The notes under the pieces were generated by a model. It did not search any database. It worked only from the letters and a program-made list of their open reading frames with translations, and was not told where the DNA came from. From Cetorhinus maximus (Eukaryota), in contig NC_135885.1 of the NCBI RefSeq assembly GCF_964194155.1, forward strand, positions 131,502,001-131,566,000: 64,000 nucleotides of DNA, read 5' to 3'. A program made the translations under genes and the position numbers. The stretch's first letter is position 1; the number at the start of each line of letters is the position of its first letter. Positions 1-14,024 of the stretch are shown piece after piece.

Positions 1-1462
1 GCTAAATTTGGCATTATTAAGCTCAATCTTGTTCTGAGACTACATCAAAAATTCCGCAGGTATGAGAGGTGGTCCTATAATGGAAAAGAAAATGTGTTAG
101 CTTGGTTGCTATGGAGTCTCCAGTTAATTTCTTCATGCCAGTTTTGAATGTTTGAACCACTCTCTCGGCCAGTCCATTTGATGAGGGGTGGTATGTTTAA
201 GTTTTTACATGAGTGAAAGCACTGAGGCTGATAAACCATTGAAACTCAGCCCTCGTAAATGCCGGGCCATTATCTGATATGACCACTTCTGGTAGTCCGT
301 TGATGGCGAAACTTTGATGTCACTTGTCAATTGTAGCAGATGTTGATGACTTCGCCCCTTATATGTCCATCCATTTTGAGTGAGCATCAACAATAAGGAG
401 AAACATTGTTTCCATAAAAGGTCCCACATAGTAGATATGTAATCACACCCGTGGTCTTCCTGGCCACTCCCAAAGGTGTAATGGAGCTGTTGGAGGTAAC
501 GTTTGCACTTGCTGACACTGCATACAACTTCTCACTAAGCTCTCTATTTCTCTATCCATTCCAGGCCACCATAGGTAGCTGCGTGCTATGGTCTTCATTC
601 GGGAAATACCTGGATGTACACTATGTAGTTCAGTTAGCAATGGCTTTTGTCCTTTTGAAGGAACAATCACTTGAACTCCTCACAATAAGATACCATCCTG
701 GCTGGTTACCTCATGTCTTCTGTGAAAATATGGTTTTATTTCGTCAGATTCCTGCTCTTGTGACCAACCGTGAAGAACTTGTTCTCATACTTTGGGTAAG
801 ACTAGGTCTCGATTTGTTCAACCTCTGATCTGTCTAGCACATACTGATGATGAATCTAAGCAGTTCAATAATAAAATGAGTTCCTGAGGAACTGGAACAT
901 GCTCATCAATTTCGTTCAAAGGCAAACGATTAAGTGCATCAATGTTTGCAATCTGATTTCCAGGCCTGGGGATGAAAGTATATTCATACGCTGCCAGAAT
1001 CAATGTCCACCTCTGTATTCTTGCTGAGGCTATGGGTGGTATAGACTTGTCCTTGTTGAACAATCCTAACAAAGGCATGTGGTCCGAAATGATGACTGTG
1101 TACATATTGCTGAAAGTTCTTGACATCAAAATGATTGACAAGCCTTCTTTTTCTATCTGTGAGAATCCCTTTTCCGCTGTGTTGAGTGTTCTTGATACAT
1201 ACCCATTAGGCCCTTCTGAGCCATCGTCCATTTGATGGGAGAGCACTGCTCCCCCTCCATAAGGAGATGTGTCACTGTCAAAACTAACTTATCTTTGGCC
1301 AAAATGTACTAATAGGGTGGAAGAGTGTAACAGTTGTTTCACTTTTGTGAAAGCTTCTTTTTGTGGTGTTTGCCAAGACCAACATTAGCTTTTCTCGAAT
1401 AAGTAATACAGGGGGTGCCAGTTCTGTCGACAAATTAGGCAAGAAACGTCGATAATAATTGA

Positions 1463-1894
1463 TCATTCCCAAGAATGATTTTGATTTGGAGGTACCTTTG
1501 GTGCTGGTGCCTCTCTAATGGCTCTCACCTTTCCCTCAACTGGGTGGAGGCCCTGTGAATCTACCCTGTGACCTAAATAGACTACCTCTTTTGCTTGGAA
1601 TGTGCACTTTTCTTTTTTTAAACGCACTTCCACCTGTGAGAAATGTTTCAAAACTTCTTCCAAGTCTGCCAAATGCTCCTTTCCAGTGAGTCCTTTCACC
1701 AGAACGTCATCTAAATAAACTACAACGTGAGGCAATCCCTGCAGTAAACTATCCATTGTGCACTGGAATATGGCACAAACTGAGGATACACCAAAAGGCA
1801 AATGGGTATATTGGTACAACCCTTTGTATGTATTAATTGTGACAAATTTCTGAGAGGCCTTCTCTAATTCCAATTGTTGATAAGCATGACTCAT
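1463..1894 (-). pseudogene. Gypsy reverse transcriptase core fragment
   Basis: AYQQLEL...LPFGVSS...VVVYLDDVLV...EKCTF...YLGH motifs. Confidence 0.92.
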
Positions 1895-2322
1895 ATCAAG
1901 CTTCGTGTAGGCGGTTCCACCTGCCAGCTTAGCATACAGGTCTTCAATTTTTGGTATAGGGGCCTGTCCAACTTAGCCACTTTATTAACAGTCAATTTGT
2001 AGTCTCCACAAATTTGAATGCTTTGGCCGAGGTTAAGTACGGGGGCTATTGCCTATTCTGAGAACTGCACAGGTTGTATAACTCCCAGTTTCTCAAATCT
2101 GTCCATTTTGGCGCCTACTTTTTCCCGCATTGTATAAGGTACTAGTCTTGCTTTCATAAATCGGGGATAGCCTCTGGATCCACATGAATTTTTGCTTGTA
2201 GCCCTGGATCTTCTCAAGCTCATCTTGGAAAACTGAGGAATATTTTTGTAGTAGCTCAGGTAGCCACTGGCTCTCAGCTGGAAGATCTCAGCCCAATCCA
2301 ATTTAATTTCTTTCAGCCAGTT

Positions 2323-2628
2323 TCACCCAAGGAGACTTGGCCCCTCACCTGCTACCACCATCAAGGGTAATTTTACTGGTTGACTTCCATACAGTACAGT
2401 AACCCTGCTTGTGCCTTTGATTTTGATGTCTCCTCCAGTGTAAGTTTTCAAGTTGGCATCTGTTTCTTCCAAATTTAATTTACATTCCCCATAACTCAGG
2501 TATTTGAAAGTATGCTCACCTATTGCCGTAGTGGATGCTCCTGTGTCCACCTCCATTCTGATAGGTCTATCATTCACCCTCACGGTTACATAAATTGGTT
2601 CTGTTCTTCCTACTTTTAAATTATACAA
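2323..2628 (-). pseudogene. Gypsy retropepsin-type aspartic protease fragment
   Basis: DTGA catalytic motif and C-terminal SLLG. Confidence 0.88.
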
Positions 2629-3310
2629 TGAATAAATATCTGAATCTGCTATTTCAGGTTCTTAAACATTATGGATCTCATGGGGTTGTTTCTTTTGATT
2701 GAAAGTCTGCCTGATTCTATCCTTGCTACATCCCATGAGGTGTCCATTTCGACATTCAATTTTTAAAAACTTCCATTCATTAGAAGGTTGTCTGCTTCCA
2801 CCTCTGTTACCATTATTCCATGTTTTCACTGCTAAGCTATTTCTTTTTATTTGTCTGCAAACAGTGGCTGTTTTTCACTTCTCATTAGAGCTATGCATTT
2901 TTGCACCCTTTTTGGCTGGGGCTCCCTGCCCAATATGGAGGATGACACCACTTTGTGCTCCCTGTATGGCTTTCGAGTCCCTCAATGCACTTTCCATGTC
3001 CAGTGCTATTTCTAGCACCTTCTGAATATCCAAATTCGTATTTTCATTTATACCGCACACCAAATGACCTCTAAGCATATCGTTTATAGATGTACCAAAC
3101 TCGCAATATTCTGTCAACTGTTTCAGACTTGCCACATAACAAGCAACTGTCTCCCCTGAGTCTCTATCTCTTGAGTTAAATCTGAACCATTGCATTGTTA
3201 ACGAGGGTTTGGGCTGGTAATGACTCTTCACAAGGTTCACTAAGTCATCAAAACTTTTCAAATCCGGGGGACTGGGTGTCATCAAACTTTGAATTCTTAC
3301 TCCCACACAT

Positions 3311-4710
3311 GGATGAGAGGATCTACCTTCAAAGCTGTCAACTGCAGCTAGAATGGGTGGTCCATTTCCTTGATCCTTCTACCCCACATATGATTAGTTT
3401 TTCACTGTAGGAACATTGCCTATCTAAGTTCCTATCTTGTATCTTCCATAGTTGAAAAATATCAATGGCTTAGTTGAGTGGGCGGAAAAGTGGCAAATGG
3501 AATTCAATTCAGAAAAGAGCGAGGTAATGCATTTGGGGAGGGCAAACAAAGCAAGGGAATACTCAATAAACAGGACAATATTGAAAGGGGTTAAGGGAAT
3601 TAGAGATCTTTGAGTGAATGTCCACAGGTCCCTGAAGGTGGCAGGACAGGTGGATAAGGTGGTAAAGGAAGTATATGGAATGCTTTCTTTTATTGTACGA
3701 AGTATTGAATGCAAAAGCAGGGATGTAATGATGGAACTGTATAAAATGCAGGTTAGGCTAGAGTTAGATTATTGTGTACAGTTCTGGTCACCACATTACA
3801 GGAAGGACATAATTGGTCTGGAGATTGCAGAGAAGATTCACAAGAATGGTGCCGGGGCTGGAAAATTGCAGCTATGAGGAGAGATCGGATAGGCTGGGGT
3901 TGTCTTCCTTAGAACAGAGGAAGCTAAGCAAAGACCTAATTGTGGTGTACAAAATTATGAGGGGCCTAGATAGGATAGACAGGGAAGACCTGTTTCCCCT
4001 AGTTGAAGGGTCAATTACCAGGGGCATAGATTTAAGGTGATTGGTAGAAGGATTAGAGAGGGCATAAGGAAAAGCTTTTTCACCCAGATGTGATTTCACC
4101 CACCCAGGTGGGTGTCTGGAATTCACTGCCTAAGTTGGTGGTTGATGCTGAAACTCATTTCAAAGGTACCTGAACCTGCACCTGAAGTGCTGTAATCTGC
4201 AAAGCTACAGACCAGGTGCTGGAAAGTGGAATTAAAAATGAACTGCTAGTTTCTTTTTTCTCTTTTTCAGGCCACAGACATGATGGGTTGAATGGTCTCT
4301 CTCTGCACTGTAACTTTTCTATGGCTCTATGGTTCTATAGTTGAAGCCATGGCTTCTTGATTGCCCTCCTTACCAATCTTTCATCTTCCTCCCTTTACAA
4401 GCTACAACTAATCTAAATCTCTGCTTTCCCAGTCCATGGACACCAAGGATTGTGCACTTCAAATCTGCCTGCTAATTGCCAAGCTCCCTGTTCCACATCA
4501 TGCTAGTTTCAAGATCCTTACCCTCATTTACAGTATCTTCCATAGCCTCGCCTTTTCCTAGCTTAGTAATCTGCCCTTGAACACACTCTCCCACTTAGAC
4601 TCTGGCTATTCTGTTTGTTACCCACTCCCCCTTCCCTACAATAAGTGAGCAAAGTGTTCATCACTAGGCTCCCACTCTTGATAAATCTCTTCCACGATCA
4701 CTCTGACTCG
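3311..4710 (+). mobile_element. Old L2-type LINE 3' fragment, split by the CR1 at 3457-4336
   Basis: Near 4508 the sequence reads FKILTLIYSIFHSLA, typical of the L2 ORF2 C-terminus. The flanks rejoin across the CR1 TSD. Confidence 0.5.
3457..4336 (+). mobile_element. CR1 LINE, 5'-truncated
   Basis: RT C-terminal peptides (KWQMEFN, YCVQFWSPHYRKD, QRRFTRMVPGL); tandem (TTCTATGG)-like tail; TSD ATAGTTGAA at 3448-3456 and 4337-4345. Confidence 0.93.
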
Positions 4711-4713
4711 CCA

Positions 4714-4845
4714 CAAGAACACAAGATACTAGGAGCAGGAGTAGGCCATATAGTCTGTTGAGCGTGTTCCACCATTCAATATGATCATGGCTGATCTTAG
4801 GTTTAAGCACAATTTTCCTGCCTGCTCCTCATATCCCTTGATTCC
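4714..4845 (-). mobile_element. Short CR1 3'-end fragment
   Basis: taggagcaggagtaggccat...ccattcaatatgatcatggctgatct matches the CR1 3' UTR at 18250-18340. Confidence 0.75.
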
Positions 4846-5277
4846 ACTTCATTTGTTTTCTTCAAAAGTCTCTCAAAATGTTGTCTTCTCTTCCTTGTTG
4901 GGTGCCTTCTTTCTCCTTGTTAGTGACTGAAGAAAGTCTCTTACATGAGCCCCATTCGAATATAAATTGTCTCACTATTCCTTGAGTTGGATGTAGGATG
5001 GAAAGTCTACCTGTTTTACCACATAAAGGCAATAAAATTATGTGATAAACAATTGTCACCTCAAGATTATTCCATATATTGAAGGAAAGAACCTGGTCAG
5101 TACTATGTTCCTAAGAGCTTTTGCAATTGAAATAAATCTCAAAGAGATATTCTTTTACTCTCAACTCCAGCCAGTGCCCGCTATAACCAAAACGACGCAC
5201 TTCCAATATAATGCTATTTTATCAAACTTCATTCTTTGCAAATAAATAGGACTTGTACTGGGTATAAACTCTATTTA

Positions 5278-7165
5278 AGTTGATGTGGTATACATGGATT
5301 TTCAAAAAACATTTGAGACAGTGCCACACAACAGACTTGTGAGCAAAATTTTAGCTCGTGGAATAAAAGGGAAAGGAGGTACTTGGATAAGAAATTGGCT
5401 GAATGACAGGCAACAGGGGGCAACATTTCCCCCCCATCTTGGGGGACGTGCAGGAGTGGGAGCGGGCGGGTTCCTGATCGGCGCCCCCAGTCGGCGGTGC
5501 GCCGCCATTTTATGTGGGCGGGCCAATTAAAGCCCGCCCAGCGTGACGTCCCCAAGGAAGCGCTATGCGCTCCCTGTGCGGGCGGGGAAGGGGGATTCCC
5601 TGAGCCGGGAGTGTGCTCTAGCGCACAGATCTCCCTGAGCCAAAAGTGCTGCCTCAGGGAGATCGGCTCAGGTTTGAAATATTAAATAAAGATGAGAAAA
5701 AAAATTTTGCTGCCATGTCCCCTCATGTGACACCGTTATATGAGCTGGGACATGTCCATAACTTTAAATATTCTGAAATTTTTAAGTCCCTCATGAAACC
5801 TCATCCCGCCTGTGGATGAGGCTTCATGTCTTTTCTGAAGCCTGCCAGGGCTCCCGGCCTGCCCACCAACCTTAAGGTTGGACAGGCAGGTCCATTAATG
5901 ATTTCAATTACTTTTTTAATGGCCTTAATAGGCCATTGACAGGTCGGCAGGCGTGTAGCCGACATGGCTGCGCGCCCGCTGACCTGAGAATGTAAATGAC
6001 ACGGGGTGACGTTGGGACGCCTGCCTGACATCACCCCCCATTATTTTACATGTCGGCGAGTGGGCCCCACTGCCCCGCTCGCCAACCGGAAGATGCAGCC
6101 CAGGGAGTAGTGATAAATGCTTGTTTTTCATTGGAGGAAGGTTTGTATTGGAATTCCCCAAGTGTTAGTGTTGCAACCCTAGCTCTTCCTGGTATATATT
6201 AATGACCTAGACTGTGGTGTTCAGGGCATGATTTCAAAATTTGCAGATGACATGAAGATTGGAAACATTGTCAACTGTGATGAGGATAGACGTGAACTTC
6301 AAAAAGACATAGACATGTCGGTGGGTTGGGCAGACAAGTGGCAGATGAAGTTCAATGCAAAGAAGTGTGAGGTGATTCATTTTGGCAGGAAGAATATGGA
6401 GAGACAGTATAAAATAAAGGAAGAAACTCTAAAGGAGGGACAGGCACAGAGAACCTCGGTTTACATGTACATAAGTCGCTGAAGCTGGCAGGGCATGTTG
6501 AGAGACCAGTTAACAAAGCATATAGTTGCTTAGGCTATATTAATAGGTGAATTGAGTACTAGAGTAAGAAGGCCATGTTGAATTTGTAAAAGACACTAGT
6601 TAGGCCTCACCTGGAGTACTGTGTCCAGTTCTGGGTGCCATACCTGAGGAAGGATGGGTGGAGGCATTGGAGAGAGTACACAGGAGATTCACAAGAATGA
6701 TTCCAGGGATAAAGAACTGTAGCTATGAGGATAGATTGGAGAGGGTGGGACTGTTTTCCTTGGAGAAAAGAAGGCTGAGAGGAGACGTGGTGGAGGTATT
6801 CAAGATCCTGAGGGGTATGGACAGGGTAAATAGTGAGAAACTGTTTCTACTCAAGAGAGGATCAAGAACTCAAGGGCACAGGTTCAAAATAATTGGCAAA
6901 AGGAGTAATAGTGAGGTGAGGAAAAAATGTTTCACTCAGATGGTGGTTGGAGCCTGGAATGAACTTCCTGAGAGGGTGGTGGAGGTATGTTCGATCAGGG
7001 TATTCAAAAGAAAATTGGATGGCTATCTGAAAGGAAATAATGTGCAAGGTTATGGGGATATGGCGGGGGAGTGGGACTAGGTTGAATGCTCTTCCAGAGA
7101 CCCAGCGCAGACTCAATGGGCCAAATTGCCTCCTTCAGGATTGTAAAGATTCTGTGATTCTGTTC
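5278..7165 (+). mobile_element. CR1 LINE 3' part, interrupted by the MITE at 5418-6101
   Basis: DVVYMDFQKTFETVPH, SKFADD, KWQMKFN and ERVHRRFTRMIPG peptides; tail attctgtgattctgt; the sequence rejoins as caacagggagtag once the MITE is removed. Confidence 0.92.
5418..6101. mobile_element. PIF/Harbinger-type MITE, family A (orientation B)
   Basis: Termini GGGC...GCCC; 3-bp TSD AGG (5415-5417 and 6102-6104); clean insertion into CR1; homologous to five other copies in the window. Confidence 0.88.
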
Positions 7166-8939
7166 GGTTAGTTTATTTTCAATGTTAACAAAATACCATG
7201 AAATTGGAACATGTATAAAGAGAATCTGTTGAATGTGATCTTTGCCCTGTGTGTGAAGAAATCTATGCAGACATTGTACAACTTATTTTTCAGTATACTC
7301 CACATGTCCCTTTGTTGATGCAGTGGAGATACTAAAGAAGTGACATGCAAGTCACTGTTAGAGTTTAGGACAATAACTGTTAGGTTCCAGAGACTAAATT
7401 TAAAAGTAGAATTACAGAGTACAACCCGTCATTGCCATAGACAACATACAGTTTTCAACCATTTCCCAGAAGACGCTATTTATTTAATTAGATGAGATTA
7501 ACACATTAGCATCTTGGATGTAATTTCCAAATATTGCACTTTAATTTAATAAACAGATAATAGGTGCACAATCACTACATTTAATGTCAATCATTGGAGT
7601 GCAGATGACCTTAAATTACCCTGATTAAAATATACAAATGGTAATTTGATTTACTTTGCTTCTTATTTATTACGATAAAACTGATAACTTGACAAAATGT
7701 TCAAATATACGTATTCTATAAGCAGGAAAAGAAGCTTCCAACTGGAATATTAAATCACCTGCAGTGTTAAAATAGATCAATTTAGGACTCTTTGGATACT
7801 TATACGAAGGTTTTTATTTTTTTTTCCCAACTCTTCTGTTTTATATCTCTCCTGCCCAAATTTATTTACAGGCGAACCTATTGGAAATACAATCCAGGAA
7901 TAATGTCGGGAAGGCTGCTGCTGGCAGCTCATCTATTTTTTATACGCCACTCAGACAAATGAAACATGAGCCACCCAGAACAAGGGGACCTTTTGACACT
8001 TCAAAGGAAACCCCTATGGGTGGTTTCCTCTTGAAGCTGTGCTAAACTGGCTCTATCTCCTCAGCTGGAAGCTGGCAATGTCTCATTAACCCCTAAACAG
8101 TCCCCGCAAGATCCTTCCTTTTCTGGCATAATTACGGCACTCACTCCTGTTATGCTTTCAGAGAATGGCAACACTGCTACAGCAGTATTCAAAAAACACC
8201 TTCTTAATTGAGAGAACATAAGTCAGTGTGCTAGCTAGCTGAAGGGACTTCCCACTTTGCATGAATTATTGGTGCCTTTTAAATCGGGAAAATGATAAAA
8301 TCCCCAGGAAAGGTAAGGAATGTGCTGATATGCAATAACCTGCTTATTAACTTCAAATTCACGTGAACTTTAATTGTTTATCAGGCTCATTTGGCAGTGT
8401 TAATGTCTTTACAAATTAATTATCCAAATTAGTCATGCCTTTTGGAGTTTTCCAGATGAATAGACTGTACAGTAGCTTAGAAGAATTAGAAAAACAGCGG
8501 GGAATCATTGTGCAGCTGTTTGTAGTTAAAACGGCTGAAAATCTTGACTGCAAGCACACCATCATCAAGATACAAAGGAAGTTCTATTATCTACAGTACC
8601 TATGACATACCTGAACCAACAGGGCACAAGGGCCTTTTCAGTTCTGAAGAGTGTGATAGTGTAAAATTGACAAGACTTATTAAATGACGAGATTCTGTTA
8701 AGTGTCATTACATTTAGGTGATGAATCCTACAGTTAGGGTTTTGGATATTGGGAAATAATAGCAATAAAATATTTCTTGAGCATTTAACAGTACTAAAGA
8801 CTTCAAAATTATTAGCCCAACACGAAATAATACTTGATTAAAACTTTTAGATACTACAACATATCTTCAACGTTTTATTAGGTTTGTGATCATCAGCGCT
8901 AGGATTGTAATATTCAGTCCTTGTCCATGTTGTTGCTGC

Positions 8940-10700
8940 CTGCATCTGTGCCTATCGCTCCTGGAACTCTTTATCTGAATCCCTCCATTTCGGCTTCTAC
9001 CTCTACCACATCATCAAAACAGCCTAACCAATCTTCATTGTACAATGCAGTATCCTTCCTCGCCCTTCTCGATCTCTGCTGTCTGTGACATGGTTGGTCA
9101 CAAAATTACCCTGACATGCATCTCCTTCGTTATCCAGCTTGGGAGAATTGCCTTCACTTAGTTCCACTATTACGTATCTGAACATAGCCAAATCATCACT
9201 GCGAATGGTTTCTCCTCCACGCCCAAATTGTCACTTCAGAAGTCCCCTCACGAATCCCTCCTTGGACCTTCCCACTGCCTCATTTAACATCCTGCCCTGT
9301 ATTGATATAAGCCACAGCCATAGTGTTCAATTCCACTTGACTGCTGATGACACCAAACTCTACCTCTTCCTCAGCTCTCTTGGCCCAGCCACCAGTCAGA
9401 CTGGCTGTCTCACATTCGGGGTGAGCTAAAATTTCTCCCAAAAGACCAAAACCATAACGGGAACTCTGTAGCCTCACCAGCAACTTCACCCCCACACCCA
9501 ACACCACCCCCGCCTCCCTCCCCACTCCCTTGACAATGTATTAGTCTGAATATGAATGTTCACAATTTCAGAATCCAAGGGCTGGATTTTATGCGTTCCC
9601 GCTGGGTGCGTTTTCATCTGTGGTGAGGGGGGGGTAGGAGTGGAGGGGGGTTGTTGGGCAGGGGCACGTAAAATAAGTCACATCACCTTCCCGCTCACAC
9701 TCATGATACACTAAATAGATGGGTGCCAAAATTGGCAGCCCACCTGTCATGTGTAAATAAATAATTTAAGGATCATTTAGGCTTGTTAACAAGCTGTTTG
9801 ACCTGAATAATGCGCTGCCCATACCATAGCACATTTAGTGTGGCAGTCGGGTGGGAGTGGGCAAGCCATTTTTAAAAGCCAGCATGAACAAAGGTGAGAA
9901 GGGAGGAGGGGAGGGGACACTTTATTCAGTGGGCGCCCTGCATCCATTGAGGGCAACCAGCCTTCCCCCGCACAAGGTGTCATCCCCCTGCTTCCTTCTA
10001 TGCCGCGTGTCTGACAGAACACGGCCCCCCCAACCCCCTCTCCCGGGATTCTAGGCTCTCTCCTTGCCCTCAAACCGTGAGGCTTACATTCTCAGGGCAA
10101 CCATGTTCCTCCTTGCCCTCTTCCTGTAGTCCTGGCAGTGGCCACTGCTCAGCTCTGGCACTGCTGGGGGTGATATAGATTCCAGCCAACTTGATTGCCC
10201 AGCAGCTCCCAAGGGTGGGACTTGCTCCCGGGTGAGGGGCAGATGTCCCACTCTCCACCAATGTAGGCCACCTGCAGTATGTTATAGCTGCAGGGTGGGC
10301 TGGCATGGAGCTAGTCAGCTTCTGGCCAACTTTATCTCGGTGGGGGGTGGGGGGGGGGGGGGGGGGGGGTTTGGTGGGAGGGTGGGGTGGGCACTGCGAG
10401 CAGTCCATCCTCCCATAAAAAGCAGCCCTTAGTTTCTCCCAAGTTGAGCCTTGGGCCTCATATTCTCTATTTTATAAAAATAGCAACTTCTGCCTCTGTA
10501 GCCAGTCATCGCTCCTCAAAATCCATTGCTCATCCATGCCTTTGTCCTTCCAGATTTATTTATTCCAATGCCTTCCTTTTCTGCTTTCCATCCTCTATTC
10601 ATTATTGTAAGCTCCAACCCATACAAAACTCTGCTGCCCGCATCATTTTACTGCTCGTCTAGCGCCCCTGACTAATTACATTGGCTTTGGTCAAAGCCTT
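8940..10700 (+). mobile_element. Degenerate L2 LINE fragment split by the MITE at 9579-10428
   Basis: HLTADDTKLYL (RT YADD region) near 9335 and KLQPIQNSAARII near 10610. Confidence 0.75.
9579..10428. mobile_element. Older Harbinger-type MITE (~850 bp)
   Basis: Terminal inverted repeats (TIRs) GGGCTGGATTTTATG / CATAAAAAGCAGCCC; GC-rich body interrupting L2; TSD imperfect (CAA/TTA). Confidence 0.72.
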
Positions 10701-11504
10701 TTACCTAATAGCATCAAACGCTAATGAAGGGCAATTATTGGCCCAAATACTTTTTTACTCCTCACACACAATTCTAAATGCACACAGCCATTAAGTGAAA
10801 GGTGAGTGTGTGTGAGTATATTGCATGGATTTGGGTGCTTCAGTTGACTTTGTGGTAACAATAATTGTCTTTGCTGTAAACTGAATAGCTGATTCATCAG
10901 TTGTCAGATGCTTAGAAAAAAGATCAAAATATTATGGTACATAGAGCAAGCACAGTCTGTTACACGACACCACATACAATCAGATCTTATGTCACTATTG
11001 GTTTTATCACCTTATCGTCTATGTCAAAACATTTTGACAGCATTTGGCACACCTTTTACAGAGCAGCAATTAAAGTGGAAAGCATATGTGATTCAGCCAA
11101 ACACAACATAACAAATAGCCAGCAATAAGATTGAGGCTGTAATTCAATTTTAGCTTTCTGCTGACATACTTAAACTGTTTATTTGTGTTTCTGTCTTCTG
11201 ATTGATTGAGCCTTGTATCTCACCTCCAGTTATCTTTTATAATGCATTTAATTAAAACAACCAGTTTGATGAATTTAGGGGAATATGGCATAGTGGGGAC
11301 ATTAATTTAAAAAGTCTCTTTGTGCAACATGATGGTGCAAGCAGTGACTACAGGGCAATATTTGCATCAACAAAGGTTGCAATCACATGCCTGATAGTTA
11401 CTTGAATTTGCCTGCCTGCGTTTGAGTGAGATGACATTTCTGCCACTGGCTAGGATCCTATGTTAGACCAAAATATTCCACCTACTGTGAGGAAAGGGAA
11501 ACTT

Positions 11505-12305
11505 TCTCACTCCCCATTAAATATTGGAAAGACTGAAGTCATTGTTATCTGACCCTGCTCCAAACTCCGTGCCCTAGCTATCGACTCCATCCTTCTCCTT
11601 GGCAACAATCTGAAATTAAGCCAGTTTATTTACAACCTTGGTGCCACATTTGATTCTGAGGTGAGCTTCTGACCTCATATTCACGCCGTATCTAAGGCTG
11701 CTTAGTTCCACCAGTGTGACATGGCCTGACTTTGCCCCTGTCTCAGCTCATCTGCTGCTGAAACCCTCTGCATGTATTTGTTACCTCTATTTCAACGTAC
11801 TGCAGAATGGTCTCCCACAGACTATGCTTCATAAACTTGAGGTCATCCAAAACTCTGCCCACATCTTAGCTCACAGCAAGTGTCGTTCCCCTATCACCAC
11901 TGTGCTCTCTGACCTACATTGGTTCCCGGTCAAGCAACACCTTGGTTTCAAATCCTTCCATGACCTTGCCTCTCCCTATCTCTGTCATCTCAACCCCACA
12001 GCCCACTGAATTATCTCCTCTAATTTTGGCGTCTTGTGCATTCCCAATCATAATTGGTCCACCATTGGTGACCTTGTCTTCAGTTGCCTGGGACCCAAGC
12101 TCCGAAATTCCCTCTCTCTGCCTCTCTAACGTGCTTTATTTCTTTAAGGTACTTTTTAAAACCTACTTCTTTCACCAAGCTTTTGGTCATCTGACCTAAT
12201 ACCTCCTTATGTTTCTTGATGGCATACTTTGTTTTATAATGCTCCTGTGAAGCACATTTCATTATGTTAAAGGCACTATATAAATTTGGTTGTTGCTGTT
12301 GTTAC
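11505..12305 (+). mobile_element. L2 LINE 3' fragment
   Basis: LNIGKTEVI, KLEVIQNSA and PITTVLSDLHWFPVKQ peptides; 3' end ggcactatataaat followed by a (TTG)n-like tail. Confidence 0.85.
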
Positions 12306-12764
12306 TTCTGTTGGTTTCCAATGGACAGGTGCAGACACCAATCAAGGAGAGGTCCATGGCCCAAGCTGTCCAAGCAGGATGCCTGTCGTCGAGAGCCCTG
12401 TGAAAAGAGATAAATGCTGGAGAAACTGGGGAGTTGATGGTATTAAAAATAGAAATATTTTCAAAGGCATCAAATCTAGGTTTTCACTGTTATATTCTAA
12501 AGAAGGAAACCAACAATCAGGGCCAAGGCTGAATAATTCAATCGTATGAACCATTCACAGAGCATTTTTTTCTGATAATTTATTAAAAGAGGACAATTTT
12601 CATAATACTTAAAGGACCTGACAAAGCTACTTATTTGATTTAATGGGGATGTACATTTTGTCTTTGGCTTGAATTAGAATGAAGGTGCCATTTAGTTCAA
12701 CAACAAACCATTGAAGTCAGAAAACCCTAGATTTGAACTTTGGAGTCTACGGATCTAAGCCATG

Positions 12765-13452
12765 GAGCAGAATGTTAGGCCTGATGAGCTGGTGTGCACC
12801 CGACCCGATCGGGGCGTGAAATCGCATGAGATGACGTCGGGCGAGCGTCCCGACGTCACCGCGTACTTGCGCGATATTTCGCTAAGCAGGTGCGCATAAA
12901 AGTCAGAAGTGCGCCAGCCGACAGTCAAGAGGGCAATTAAGCCCAGTAACAGTGCAATTGTCTGTGATTTTTCCTGGCTCGTCCAACCTTACGGTTAGTG
13001 GACGGGCAAAATCAAACCTTTTTTTCATCCAAGGGCGGGATGAAATCTCCGTTAGGAAATAAAATAAAAATAAATATCTGGGGGCAGCACATTTACGAGA
13101 TATGCTTTCAGGTGCTTGATTGTGATGCAGAGATTTTTTTTTTTTTTTTTGCAGATTTTTTACAGCTTTATTTCATTATTTGAAGGTCTGCAGCTCCCTG
13201 AGGCAGCTGTCTGCCTCCCAGGAGTACTTTCGCAGTGCTCACCTGCGACCGCAATGACACCATCGCCTGCTCTCTTCCCACCCCCACCCCGGCAGCGTTG
13301 AGCTTTTCAGCACGCGTTTCATGCTGGTTGGCCGTTAATTGGCCAGCCAGCATGAAATCACGGTCGGGGGCCGATCGCGGTCAGTGGTCCATTTCCCGGC
13401 CACTCCTGGGCCCGCCAATCGCGCCCGCCCGCCGAGGGTAAAACTCAGGCCC
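12765..13452. mobile_element. Harbinger-type MITE, family A (orientation A)
   Basis: GAGCAGAATGTT...AAAACTCAGGCCC termini; TSD ATG (12762-12764 and 13453-13455); reverse complement of the 20901 copy. Confidence 0.87.
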
Positions 13453-14024
13453 ATGAGAACATGCTTTTTATTGTCCTTCATGCTCCTGGACTAGACAGGC
13501 TGGCAGAAATTATCCATGGTTCAGCCTCTTTATCGGTAATGAATATATAGGATGTATCAGTTGAGGACAAGATGGGTTATAATGGACCTCATGTCAAACA
13601 ACCTGTCACCACTCAGTGTGGGCCTTCACAGATGGGGCATGAACACTTGGACTCAGCACTGGAAAGCTGCTGGTAGCGAAAGAACTACTATAAATGGGTG
13701 TTTTCTTTTAGTTCTGTATGTTAGCAAGAGTTAATGTCTTCAGATGTAGATGGGTGAAATGGAGGGAAAAGTAGTTTTCAACAAATATCCTTCCAATGAG
13801 ACATTTACAGGTATAAGTGGAATTTGATAAATACATAGAATAGGTCGTGCTCTTGTAGATTCTTCACAAATGACAACAGAGTGATGCTTTTAATTTGATT
13901 TTGTTGGTGTACTTTCGGGCAGTTGAGAAATTCCTACATAGCGCAGATAACAACTGAAATTACGTCATAAATGTGACTCTATAACTGGCAAGTCGAGAAG
14001 TCACAAGCTGGCTAATGCTGTTCA

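Larger units (their letters stand above)
1..3310 (-). mobile_element. Ty3/Gypsy LTR retrotransposon internal region (gag-pro-RT-RNaseH-INT), degenerate; 5'-truncated and running off the left edge
   Basis: Minus-strand fragments in Gypsy order: gag (2875-3306), aspartic protease MEVDTGAS (2323-2628), RT with VYLDD (1463-1894), RNase H (818-1246) and integrase zinc finger LHSVHPG...CMQCQ (443-670). Many stops and frameshifts; no LTR seen. Confidence 0.93.

Noticed and set aside
1-3310. Endogenous retrovirus with env
   Set aside because: Domain sequences are Ty3/Gypsy-type and no env-like ORF is visible in the window.
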